From contig NC_058370.1 in assembly GCF_018350175.1 (NCBI RefSeq), forward strand, positions 310,001-374,000: a DNA stretch of 64,000 nt, read 5' to 3'. The DNA is from Felis catus. Taxonomy: Eukaryota. The notes beneath the pieces are model-generated. The model did not search any database, was not told the origin of the DNA, and was given only the letters and a program-made list of their open reading frames with translations. This document shows positions 23,194-43,907 of the stretch, in pieces. Position numbers and translations under genes: made by a program. Within the stretch, counting starts at the first letter, position 1, and each line of letters opens with the position of its first letter.

Positions 23194-24531
23194 GCTGCCC
23201 ACCACAGCGGCATAGACGTGGGACCCCTCTGGCGGGCACAGACTCGGTTTACCGGCACCAGTGTGCGTCCGCGGATGTCCCGCACACCAGCGGGGCCCAG
23301 CACCCCTGAGGGCAGTCCCAGACAGGAGCCCCTCTCTACCCCGGGGACCTGGGACCCGGAGGTCCTGCTGAGGGGAGGCGTGAGGGCCTCTTGACACCAG
23401 GCAGCCTCTCCCCAAAAGGCTCCCCGCTGGGCTCCTGCGTGGGGAGAGGGAGACCTCCCACGGGGTCTGGTGGACCCACCGGCCTCACTTAGGCCTCCTC
23501 CCCAAGCAGCCAGGGACCTTGAGAAATGCCTTTGGTGGGCAGTAGAGCCTCTGTGTGTCTAGTTGTGACAGGAGGAGACAGACCCTCTAATGCAAGCTGT
23601 CTGCGCCCGGATCAGACCCAGAACCTCAGAACTAGGCTCGAGGCAACAGGAGCCAGTTTCTTTTTTATATTTTCATTAATTTTAAACCTGGAAACATGTC
23701 CTTACTGTATTTTATCAAAAAAAATGAAAAAGATGTTTTCATATTTATCTCCATTCCTTCTCCATCCAAAATAGGATCTTTTATTGAAGATATTTTTAAA
23801 GCAAAAGTCTCTCCTTTCTTTCCACATTTGGGGGTGGGAGATTAGAGAATGAATTGTCCCAAACCTAGAGCAGGGAGCAGCGGGCTCCAAGGACACCTGG
23901 CCCCGGTGGGCAGCTGTGCTCAGCCTTGCCCTTGGGAGGGTGCCATGCCCCCTGGCAAGGGCGACCCCCACAGTGTCTCACCAAAGCTAGGGTTGGGCAA
24001 GGCATGTGCTTGCCAACCTGTTCCCTACATTTCTGGGAGGCAGAACATTTCAAACCTGCGGCAGATCCAGGAAACTGAGACTCTGGCCCAGAGTCCATCC
24101 AATCCGCTCCATCGGATTGGAGCAGACGATCATGGATGGCTTGGAGACCCAGACGTAGCCTCCTGCCCACGAGCCCTGGGCCCTGAGCTACAGTGGCTGG
24201 GGAGGCTCATGAGACCCTGGATCCTCTGTGTCCTAAGGCCCCCTCCCACCTGCACATGCTTATGCTGTGCGCCCCTGCACCTGTCCCTCCTCCATGGGCG
24301 CACACAGGCAGGAATCTGGGTCCCTCCTGGGATCACCAGGCCCCTCCGAAGGCCAGCGGGCTCTTCCCTCCACCTCTGTTCCACTAGGGCCAAACCTAAG
24401 TGTCACCTGATCCCAGGGAGGAGGGCTGTCCCCAGTGGTGGGGGGGCAAGGGCGGCCCAGGTCACAGCCCAAGACCGTGCATGGCCCACCAGAACCAAGG
24501 GCCAGGAACAACACCATGGCAAAAAGAAACA

Positions 24532-24537
24532 TTTAAT
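24532..24537 (-). terminator. TCEA2 polyadenylation signal ATTAAA
   Basis: TTTAAT on +, about 190 nt past the stop and followed by a T/G-rich stretch on -. Confidence 0.7.
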
Positions 24538-24723
24538 AATTTGGGGGAAAGAGGAAGAAAGGTGTACTGCAGGCAGGGTGGGGGGCAGGGTGCACAGCCC
24601 TCTGAGGAAGTTCAGGTAGGCACAGGGCAGGTCTCCAGAAGCTATGTCTGTCGACAGAGGACGCAGGGAAGGCCATGGCCAACACTGGGCACGGCCCAAG
24701 GCTTCAGACATGTCAACGAGGGC

Positions 24724-32846
<8,123 letters not shown>

Positions 32847-33639
32847 CGACACGGGGGCAGGGCCCCCAGCGCCCGCCGCGCCAGCCTCAGCCTCCGGGCC
32901 TAGACCCCCTGCCCCGGCCGTCGCCGCCTCCCGCACCCGTCGCAGCCGACGCAGCCCAGCCGCGGGCGGGAGACCCTCCGTTCAAACCCCCGGCCCCCGC
33001 GGCCGCCGCGCTGCGTCCTGGGACATGTAGTTCTCGCGGCCGCCCGCCTCGCGCGCCCTCGCCACGCGCTGAACCACAACTCCCAGAAACCATGCGGCCC
33101 TGCATGGCTTCCTGGGGAGTGTAGTCCTGACGCGGGCCGTCGCCGAAGGACGACGGGTCCGGAGGACTCACAATCCCACGAGCCCCCGCGCGAGGCGGTT
33201 AGCCGGCGGAGGGCGCTGCGGTAGCGCGAGGCCAGAACGTGAGTCCCGGCCCCTGCGCGACCCCGAGGAAGTCCCACCCCGGCCCTCCGCCCGGGAGCTG
33301 CCCGGGGTCCAGATACGTGGGACCCGCAAAGGCACCTTGGGGTCCGTCCCCTATCTCCATCCGCTTCGAACGCTCCTCTTCCACCTTCGGCCGTCCGGGG
33401 ACAGCCGGACCCGGCGGGAGACCCCCCGACCCCACCCCACCCCCAAGCCTGCGCGGACCCCCTGCGCTCTCTGGCCTGGATTCTGGCCCCTGAGCCCTGG
33501 TGCGGGGCGCCCGGAGGTGGGAGGGAGCAGTAGCCGGATGCAGGATTTGGAAGAAGCCGGGGCTGCGGTTCAGAAGGTGCCGGGGGACTTGGAGAGGCCG
33601 CTTGGGCAAGGCTCCTGCCTCAGGAGTCAGCTACCGGCT

Positions 33640-33790
33640 TGTGAATCCCGGGCTCTGCCCTTGAGACCAGTCGTTAACCGCTGTGCGCCTCGGTCTTCCC
33701 ATCTGTGAAACGAAGATGGTAACATTGTCTGCCTCAGAGGGCTGCTCTCAGGACGATGTGAGTTGATACAAATCATGCGTTGAGAACAAC
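33640..33790 (+). mobile_element. MIR fragment (weaker MIR-like pieces at ~7330-7415 and ~15430-15490)
   Basis: GCGCCTCGGTCTTCCCATCTGTGAAACG resembles the MIR core GCCTCAGTTTCCTCATCTGTAAAATG. Confidence 0.6.
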
Positions 33791-34080
33791 AGATCGGGGG
33801 ACACAGCGTGAGCAGTTCAGTGGTCACCTTTGCTGCTGGAGGTCCCTGAGAGTGGCCACACGGTACTCAAATCGGAGGGATGGCGCTGGCCGTGAGAGGG
33901 CTGGGGAGGGGCAGAGCTCGCATCCCCTCCAGATGTCTGCCCCTTCCTCAGTGATGCAGATGCTGAGTGGTTTGCTGGACAGGGCACAGTGCTAGGGAGA
34001 GGGTAGAAGCCAGAGAACTGACGTCTATAGCGTTGTGGGCCCCACATTCGCTAAATTTCAGGCCAAGTAATTGTGAGACC

Positions 34081-34300
34081 AGGTGCCTGGGTGACTCAGT
34101 CGGTTAACCTTCTGACTCTTGATTTCAGCTCAGGTCATGGTGTCCCTCTGTTGTCAGATCAAGCCCTGCGTCCGGCTCCATGGTGAGTGTGGAGCCTGCT
34201 TGGGATTCTGTCTCTCCCTCTCTCTCTCTGCCTCTCCCCTGCTCGTTTGCACGTGCTCTGTCTCTCTCTCAAAAAATGAATAAACCTTAAAAAAAAAAAT
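34081..34300 (+). mobile_element. SINEC
   Basis: GGTGCCTGGGTGACTCAGTCGGTTAA head, (CT)n tract, A tail. Confidence 0.9.
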
Positions 34301-37300
34301 GTGACTCTAACGCGTGACCTAGGGAGCTGGTGAAGAATGAAGACCTTTGCTTCTTGTAGCCCAAGGGTGGGGCCCTGAGGTCTTTGCCCTCTGTCCACAG
34401 GGGCAGAAGCACAGAACTGTGGCCAACCAGGGTGGACTCTGAACAGTGGGCACCCAGAGGCGGGCAGGGGCTCAGGAGGCCGGGGGGCTGTGTTCCAAGT
34501 GTGCAGACGGTGCCGATGGAGCCGTGACTGGGAGGTGGCTGGTGGTCTGGAGTTTGTGCCCAGCTCCCTGACCTTGTCCACGCTGCTGAGAAGAACAGAG
34601 GCAGTCACAGGACAGGGACTGTGGGGGGTTAGGGGGAGACGGGGCAGGTCTGGGAGCTGAAGAGGCGGACTTGGTGGGGTGGCAGGGAGAGCAGGACGCA
34701 GTCTCAGCCTGGGGCTCAGGGACCGACACCCTGTCAGGAAGAAGCCAGGTGGGAAGGAATCTTCACGTCCTTCCCGTTGACCTCTAGTGGAAGCGTATTG
34801 TCCCTTTGGTTTTGAATGAAGCGATGGCCCACATCTCACAGCAGTGCCAGGACTGGCCACAGCACAGACGGGAGCCACTTCCCTCCACGGCCATCCTGCC
34901 GATGCCCCAGGTGGTCACCGCTGCCGGAATCTGCAGCAGTAAAGAAGCGCTTAGGTTTCTGTGTCACACATTTTTTGTTTTTCTGTATCACACGTTTTAG
35001 GAAATCTTTCGGTAGCTGTGTTGCGCTGTAACTGGTTTCCTTTGTAACCCTATGAATTTTACTTTCTGCTCGGGCCCCATTACATGGCACCAGAGTAAGG
35101 TCATGGACCAGAGAAGGGGCTGTCAGCTGAGAACTAGGGCCCTTCCGCTACGCAGCCACAGTGGGAATCCTGGACCTCCTGCCTTGGACCCTTTCTCCCC
35201 CACGAGAAACCAGGTGGTCTCCAGCAAGAGACTGGGCTGCAAGGCTGCAGTGGGGTGGCCCAGGGTGGGGCAGGTGTTGGGGAGGAGGACAGAATAGGTG
35301 GGGCTGGGTGGCAGAGGAGGCAGGGTGCTTCCAAGCTGGAGACCTGGAGGCCACAGCCCTTCCCCTGTGACAGGAGCCCTGAGCCATGGTGCAGTCCAGG
35401 GTATGGCCCCATGCTGCATGCATGAGTGCCCGGGGACCAAGTAGGGTGATGCTGCCCGGAGGCCTCTGTGGCCCTTGCTGAACGAGCAGCGGCCTCTAGG
35501 TGGCGGGAGGGAGCCACAGACCAGCAGGCCAGCCAGCTACCCACCACCCTACCCCTTCGGAGGCCAATTCTGGCCACAACTGAGAAGTGGCCGGAGTGGG
35601 GCTGTGCTTAGTCGTGGAGAGAGACCCTCACCTGTGGGGCCTGTAGGTGGATCCCACCCTCGCTAGGGCAGCACCCACCAACCCCAAAATTCTCAGTATT
35701 CCGCTTCAGAAGTTCCTGGTCACGGGGCCCCTCATGAGTTCACGACCTTTGGAACCTTGCTTAGGATGATCACAGCCCACCGCAGACCCCTCGTGGACCC
35801 TCTTCAACCTTGGGAACTTACTCCCCAACAAGCCGCCTGAGCCCCTGGGGCCATCCAGCACCCTCAGAAAACTGGTCAAAGAGGGTAGCGTCACAACCAC
35901 GGGATTCTCCCGGGGGGAGTGGTATGTAAACCTCGCTGTATCCCTACTAGGGGGGTACCCCTCCTAGGGGACTCCAGGGCGGGGGCCTTCCTGGTCCCCT
36001 TCCTGGTCCAGGCCTCCTACCCTGACCCCTCTGCAAACGAAGAACTTCATTTCCCCCGTATAGCCACACGCAACAGGGGAGACAGTTGCTCACATGTGCA
36101 CACGCTGGCCATACCTGAGGGTGCACGTGCACAGACACTCAAAACCCCCTGGGACTGTCCACGAGCTGGCTCCCAAGGACTGTCAGCTGGGAAAACCAGG
36201 CCTTCATTCCACCCGCATCTTCAGCCCAAGACACCTAATAGCTGCTCAGTAAATATGTGTTTCATGAAGGAAGGAAAAAACAATAACCCGCAGTGGGTGG
36301 GCAGTAAGAGACCCACACTTACCAGCCACCACCCAGCAAGGGAGCCCTAAAGGCAGGCCCCACCCCCACCGGCTCAGGGCTGGTGGGCCAGCTCAGGGCT
36401 GATGTCTCCTGCTGCTTTAGGCTGAAGGCCTGACCCACAGATCTAGAACCAGATGGGGCCCTCCCTCCAGGACTCCCAGCATCTCCTGCTAAGATGGGCT
36501 GAAGCAGGGGAGGGGGCGTGGGGGCAGAGAGTTGAGAGCTGAGTCAAGGCTGGTCCGGGCTGGGCTGGGTTAGGAGACCATGAGCCGTGAAAATGTAGAC
36601 GTGTGGGTGGAGGTCCAGCAGCTCCCGATCGGAGGTCAGAGGTGAAGGGGAACCAGCAAGAAGCAGAGAGGAACCCCCAAGGGATGGAAGGCAGCGTGCA
36701 CTCCTTCCCAGACCCACCCTGCCTGTCTTACTCCAGAAGGCCCTCCCGGACCCTCCGCAGGCCGCCTGGAAGTGACGGTACCCAAGACGGCGCCATGGGG
36801 CAGCCCCCAGAGAAGAGAGATGCACGGGCCGGCCCTCAGGAGCCCTCCTCTGTGTGGAGCCCGGCCCTACCCTGGGGGCTCAGGGGGAGGCACAGCCCCG
36901 ACAGGGACCTGGGGACACCCCAGCGACACCCCCAGGGTCCACCACACATAGGCTGGACCACACCTTTGGCCCAGAGGCCTGCCCCTCCCCCATCCTCAGT
37001 CCGGAAACATCGGAAGCTCAGGCCATTTATTTTTCTATTTGTGTCCCCCGCCCCCTGCTCGCCCAAAGCCGGCCATGACCCAAGCAGGTCGCATCCGTGC
37101 TTCCTTTCTGGCTGAGGCAGGGGCCTCAGTGGGAAGGCCCAACCAACTGAACTCACATCGAGCCCCACCTCTTGCTTCCCATGGCCACAGGGTGTGGGGG
37201 CATCTTGCAGCCCCAGAAGCCCCCACACGTGGTCCACTACCCTTAGGCAGCTCTCCCCGGGCCTAGGTGACCAGCTGTTTCTACATCCACCAGACCCCCA

Positions 37301-38049
37301 GGCCGCCAGGGCAGCCACCACGGTGTCACTGCGGGGCCGTGACCCCAGCCAACCCCATCAGGGCTTCCCTCAGATCCTGGCCTCTGAAGTCGGGCAGGGC
37401 AGTGACCAGAGACTCATGCCCAGCAAGAGGCCTCATCCCGTGCACCAGCAGATATCTCGGCTCTGCCGCTGCAGCAGCCCTCTCTCTGGACCTCAGTCTC
37501 CCGGTCTGCAGAATGGGAAGAGCTGCCCACCCAGGGTAGCATCTATAGGAAAGTCCCCAGTCCAGCCCATAACCTTGGCCCAGGCCCAGCTCCCTCCCCC
37601 AGAGGCAGCACTTGGGGGAGGCAGAAGGCATCCCCCAGAGGCCACATGCAGTCCTGGCGGCCTGCTCCAGGCTCTAACAATGTGCTTCCCCCCACACAAT
37701 TCCCAGAAACGCAGCCTCCCTGCCCTGCCAGCCAGCCTGGCGGCCACTCCACCCTCCCCATCCCCAGGGGCCCCAGGCGGGGGGTGGGGGTGGGGGTGTC
37801 GGGGGTGGTCACGAGCCATGGGCGAAAGGAGGCAGTCTCACTCCCAGGGCACCAAACCCGGGGGTCCCCAAGGTAGCTTCTCCCGGGGGTCCAGGCACAC
37901 CAATCCTGCCCTCCTGGAGGGGGCCAAGGAAACTCCTCAGGGAGGCAGTTCGGCTGAGGAGCGAGGCCTGCTCCGGGAGCCGCCTCCTCCCCTTCTCTCC
38001 TGATGCTAAGTCCATCCTTCCTGAGCTGACATCTCTACACAGCAGCTGA

Positions 38050-38612
38050 GCTGAGGCTGTGAAAACTAAGTCACATCACACCCCTCCTCTGCTCAAAACC
38101 CTCCTAAAGTGACCAACTCTCCTTCAGAGGAAAAAAAAAAAAAGAGAGACCCTCCCAGGCCCCACACAGCAACCTGTCCCCTCCCTTCTGCACTCCCCAC
38201 TTATCCTACATACCAGCACACCTCTGTGACCCAGGGCCTTTGCACGTGCTGCTCATGCTGTGTAAAACACTCTTCTCTGTGCATCCCCTCATCTCTTTCA
38301 CGTGTTTCCTTCTGGGGTTGGCTCAAAAGCGACCTCATGGGACAACAGGTCGCAAGCCCCCCTGACACAGCCCCTCCTTCCTCTTCCACATCTGCCAGCA
38401 CCCTTCTCGCACATCACAGCCTGGCACCCCATATTCTAACCTGCTTGTGGATTTGTTGATTGTCCCTCTCTGTCGGAACAGGAAACCGCACTCCCAACCC
38501 TGGGCAAGGACCTGGGTCTGTTTTGTTCACTGCCAGACCCCCATCTCATAGAACAGAGCTGGGTTCGTAGCAGGCACATAGAAACAAACGAATGAATGCA
38601 TGAATGAATGAT
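38050..38612 (+). mobile_element. L2 3' end
   Basis: CTGCTCAAAACCCTCC, GGGCCTTTGCACGTGCTG, TCTGTTTTGTTCACTGC and a terminal (GAAT)n tail. Confidence 0.75.
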
Positions 38613-41600
38613 TCTTGCCCTTGAGTGAGGACCACTTGTCAAAGCCACTTGTCAGCAAAGCTAGGGCAGCAGCAGCAAAGAAGTATAGCTGCAGGGCCCT
38701 CGGGGGGCTCTGCGCCTTCTCTCCACCATTCCCAGGACAGCTGAGGACTGTCACCAGACCCTGGCAGGAGAGAGGCCCAGCCATCCGAGGGCAGAGAGGT
38801 CAGGGTGGGCACTGCCCGGGATACCCGCAGCCCCCCTCCCCACGCGGGACACACAGACAGCCCCCCCTCTGCTTCTCCAAGAGTCCCTGGGGGGCCGGGG
38901 GGGTGCAGGGCACAAGTCCTATAGGGCTAGGATACCGGCAGACCCAGGCCCAGGCCACGCTGATGTGAATACAGACAGCCATGCCAGCAGCTGCCCTGTG
39001 CCCTCACTGGGGGGCACTGGGGGCGCAGTGGGACAGAAGCTCCAGGCCTGGCCCGCCGGACGACCGGACAGACAGAGTGTCTGGCGCCTGCTCAGGCAGC
39101 CTGGCCCTCGGCTCCCTCCTCACAGCTGTGGCCTTCCTTCCTGAGCTGGCGTTTCCTGGCTCCTCCCTGCTGTTGCCACGGAAACCTAGAGCCCGGTTCC
39201 CATGGAGCCCCCGCTGAGCCTGAGTGGGGCCCACACAGCTCGCAGAAACCCCCAGGACACACATGGCCACATAACGCACCCCCCCCCAGGGCTCACACAG
39301 CCCAACACCCCAACTCAGCGCAACACCCCAGCCTGGGCACCTTGACCGTCTACGGAAGTCACTCCTCCCACATGGGACCCAAGGCTCATCTGTCGCCCTC
39401 CAGACACCCACAAGGCCCTGTGCCTCTCAACCCAGAGAAGCGCCCCCCCCACCTGCTCAGCCCTGCCAGCCCCCCCCCCCCCAGCACTCAGGGGCAGACC
39501 CTCCCCAAGCACCTGAAGGGCCCACAGTGACATCATCACGTCCACCCCCTCTGCTCATCCAAAAGGCTCGAGACCCGCAGCCAGTCCGACACCCCCCAGA
39601 GCACGCTGACACCCTCGTTCCCACAACACCCAGCCCAGCCTGTGGACTCAGGTCCACGCGACTGCGGCCAACTGTGACGCCAAAGCTGACACTCTCAAGA
39701 GCTGCTGCCTGTGAGCCTGAGCACCCAGACCTGCTTCCTCACCCCCACCCCCACCCCCACCTTCTCCCAGGGGCAAGGCCCAAAGTTCAGAACCCCCGTG
39801 GTTCTGCGCACAGCAGGCCCAGCATCCTAGGGCTGAGAGCAAGAAGGCACGGGGCGGGGCAAGCCAGCTGTCCTCAGGCATGAGCTCCGATGTCCACCTG
39901 AACCAGGCCTGTCGCTGGGCGAGGGACCCCCATGCACATGCATGTGCCCACTTGGTACTAGGCCATTGGGCAGCCTCCTCAGAAGCCCTGAGCCCTGCAC
40001 AAAGGTTGAGGCTGATCCTGCGCCTTGCCTCCCCCACCCCCCACCCCCGCCCCAGCCCCTGGAGCGGCCTCAAGGAGGACCGGGACGAGGGCCGGGCCCA
40101 GAGCCCTGGTCTCAACGACCACAGGGTGGGATCTGACTCGAGCAGCCTGGCTGTAAAGCCAAGGTCTCAGAAGACAAGAGAGTCCCTTCTACCTGGACCT
40201 GTGTCTAACAGGGACCCCCACCCCCACCCTCCAGGAGAAGGAGGGTCCGGCCCCAAGGGACTGGGTAATTGGTCCCAGCCTCCCTGCTCCTGCAGCAGCC
40301 AGGGCTGGGTGGGTGGGAGCCTGTGAGGTCTGTGCCCCGGGCAGCGCCTGGGAGGTCTGCCACTCCCAGAGCCCAGCCAACCCCCCACCCGGCACGGAGG
40401 GGGACTGCCCAGCATTCTCTGGTCCTGGCTGAGAGAGGAAGTGGGTGGAGGGCGGGGAGGGCAGTGTCCACTCGGCCCTCGGGCCAGCCCCACGCTTGCA
40501 GGGAAAGCTTGCCCCTCCACTCCCCCTTTCTGTCTGGGGAGCTGGGGGCTGCAGACAAGGCCCCCACAAGGGTGAGCAGTAGCCAAGCTGGGCCAGGTCA
40601 GACAGAGATGGGTTCTGGAGGCAGAGGAATGCCCCGGGCTCGCGACTCACCCCACTTCGGACAGAGCTGGGGCCACTCCGGAGAAGTCTTGGGGACCCCT
40701 CCCCTGGTAGGTGTTGAGGGTGAGGCCTTCACTGAGCAGGACCCCTATTCCACACCCTGTGGGACCCCATCTCACGGTAGGGTCCAGCCTCTGTCTGGCT
40801 CCTAAGGCCTTGGGCAGACTCCAACACTAGAGCCAACCTCACTCCACACTCAGGCAGACAGACACACAGACCTTCACCACCACGCAGACACAGAGACCAC
40901 ACACAAACACACAAACACGCACAGCTGATGCCCCTCCCCCCAGAACAGCTGACCACACCCACACCAGCCCTTGTATAGCGCTGGGGGAGTCCCCCAGCCC
41001 TGTTCCTCCGAGGTCAGGGCCACCCCGACTGCAGTCCCCACCCCCACCTCCGCCACTGTCTTCGTCCGGACCGTGGGCCAGAGCCACGGTCCTCACCCCT
41101 GCCAGGCAGCACACACAGGAGGGCAGCCTGACCCCAAAGAGGTAGGGGGCACCCCAAGAGGCTCTCCTCTTGCCCCACCCAGCCCCGGCCCACAGGACAC
41201 GACAGCTGGCCCCCCCTGAGCAGCACAAGGTGCTACTCTGCCAAGAGGGAGGGTCCTCAGCTGGCGCCAGATGAGGCGGCAACCCTGGGGGATGCGGGGC
41301 ACTGCCTTGGCGAGGTAACGCTCGCTGGGTGCTGCAACCGCCGGTGGGTAACCGCTTCTGGAGCAGCTCGGTCAAACCTGGGCTTTCGGGAGCTGCAGAG
41401 GGCCAGGCAGGGCCCGGGGTGGGGGGGGGGGGACTGAAAATCCATCCCGATGTGGGGGGAGGCCGCAGTGGAGGACCCAGTGGGCCTCCTCCCCGAGCCC
41501 CAGTGACCGTCATCCCAGAGAGCTGCTGCCCGCGCCAAGCCAGGCCCTGGGAAGCCCAGACCACACCCAGCAGGGCAAAGGTAGCCTCTGCCGGGTGCCG

Positions 41601-43239
41601 GCTCCCGGGACCCATCTTTCGACCCACAGTCTTCCTCGCGCATCGCCCCTCCCGTCAGGACGCCCAGTCCACCCTCTTACACTGGCCGGACGGGAGCTGG
41701 CCCTGCCAGGAGAGGCCTGTGGGCCTGTGGGCTCCCAGGCTGGGGAGGCCTGTGGGGCCACCCCAGGGCCCCATGTTCTTTCCTGCTAACCTTCCCCCTC
41801 GACCCAGAGAACCCACTTCTGGCGCCTTGACTGCTCCCAGTACACACCAGCACAGGCTCCACGTTGCGGATTAAGCTCTGGGGCCCGGGGCATCCGGAAA
41901 ACAGTCTGGGACGCACGACGCTCTAGTCCTCCGTCCAACGGACAAGACCCTACACGACAGAACCCCATGAGGGGACAGGACGGACATCCGACAGCCCTCG
42001 GGTTGAGGGACCCCTGTCGGGCTGTGGGCCTTTCCCACGGGGGGAAAGCTCAGGAGCAGGCAATGGGGGGAGCCATCCCACTCACAAGCACTGCCTACGC
42101 GCCCTAGCCCAGGGTCGCTGACACCCGTGGCCCTGAGCCACGGAGCTGCCAGCACCTGGGGCAGAGGCTCCGCGACATGGGAAGGAGGGCTGCCGAGCTC
42201 CCAGGCTGCAAACAGTTGTGCGGGAGCGAAAACTCAGATCCCACCCCAGAGCTGGAAAGCACACTCCTCCCACCCCCAAGAGAACGCCCCTCAGCAGGAG
42301 GGTAGGGAAACAGCCCTCAGGGAGACCCCTCGGACTCCCCAGCTTCTGGAGCCCAAGCCCCTCCTGGACTGCCAGGAAGCCCCTCTGGAAACGCTCGCAG
42401 GCCTGGCGGCCCAGGGGAGGGGCTCCCCCGCTCCCCTCCACCTGCCCCAGCCCTGGATCCAGCTTCACTCTAATGTGGCAGCGGTGGCCCCGGCGGGGCA
42501 GGGCAACCAGTTACCACTGGTCCCACCCCCTGACCCCAACGGGTCCGGAGGGGAGGAGGAACAAGGAACAAGGCCGCGCGGGCTCAGCGCCTTCCCTGGA
42601 GGCTCCTCTGCCCTCTGGGCTCCCTCCCACTGTGGGAAACGTCCGGGGCACCTACTGCTGAGGTTTGACCTGTTTGCAGTGGGTTTGGGAGTGATGGAGG
42701 GGGCACGAAGACCAACTCCTTTAACTCCATGGACAGGCAGGAGGAGCTCGAAGCCCCCAGTCGTGAAGACTCCACATGTACGGGAGGGGTGGGGGCCACC
42801 ATACCCTGGGGTTATCCAGAACACGCTCTCCCAAGACACAGGGCGCTTTTCCCAAAGTGCCCGGTACTTTTGAGCTAGACCCCAGGAAGCGTTCTTGGGA
42901 AGCTTCCCAGGAACGTGGGGTTAAAATATGACCCACTCACGGGGGGGCGTGGGGGTGGGCAGCCAGCCTCCCCCCCCCCCCCGTTGCCGTCCGGGGGTCT
43001 GACTCCGTGGGTGGGGACGGCACCTCGTCTCTGAAAGTCTGACAGTCCCCGCGAGGACGCCCCCTTCCAAGCTCCAGCCCACATCGGCGGCCCGTTCCCA
43101 CTGTGTGTGTGTGTTGGGAGGGGGGCGGGTGGCGGTCCCTCCTTCAGAGAGGGTGCGGGGGGCAGCCGCGCGAAGGAGGCTGCGGTGGAATCCGGAGGGC
43201 CGGAGAAGAAAGGGAGCCCCCGGGGAGGGGGCGGCCCCA

Positions 43240-43290
43240 GCCCGCCCCGCCCCGCCCCGCCGCCTATTGGCCCCGCGCCGCTATATCTGG
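43240..43290 (+). promoter_or_regulatory. SOX18 core promoter: GC boxes, reverse CCAAT (43266-43270), TATA-like CTATAT (43281-43286)
   Basis: CCGCCCCGCCCGCCCCGCC-TATTGG-CCCCGCGCCG-CTATATC lies directly before a GC-rich 5'UTR-like stretch that runs into the N gap. Confidence 0.65.
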
Positions 43291-43907
43291 GCGCCCACCC
43301 GGCCCGAGGCCACCGCCGTCTCCACCGCCGTCCGCCCTGCCCTCCGCGCCCGGCTCCCGAAGTGCCCGCTCTNNNNNNNNNNNNNNNNNNNNNNNNNNNN
43401 NNNNNNNNNNNNNNNNNNNNNNNNNNNNNNNNNNNNNNNNNNNNNNNNNNNNNNNNNNNNNNNNNNNNNNNNNNNNNNNNNNNNNNNNNNNNNNNNNNNN
43501 NNNNNNNNNNNNCTGAGCCGCGCGNNNNNNNNNNNNNNNNNNNNNNNNNNNNNNNNNNNNNNNNNNNNNNNNNNNNNNNNNNNNNNNNNNNNNNNNNNNN
43601 NNNNNNNNNNNNNNNNNNNNNNNNNNNNNNNNNNNNNNNNNNNNNNNNNNNNNNNNNNNNNNNNNNNNNNNNNNNNNNNNNNNNNNNNNNNNNNNNNNNN
43701 NNNNNNNNNNNNNNNNNNNNNNNNNNNNNNNNNNNNNNNNNNNNNNNNNNNNNNNNNNNNNNNNNNNNNNNNNNNNNNNNNNNNNNNNNNNNNNNNNNNN
43801 CGGGCGGGGAAGGGCGCGGGGCGGGGGTGGGGGGTGGGGGGAGGGACCTGGGGCCGGGCCGGGCGGGGGCCGGGCGGGGCCCGCTGACCCGCACCCACGG
43901 TCCGCAG

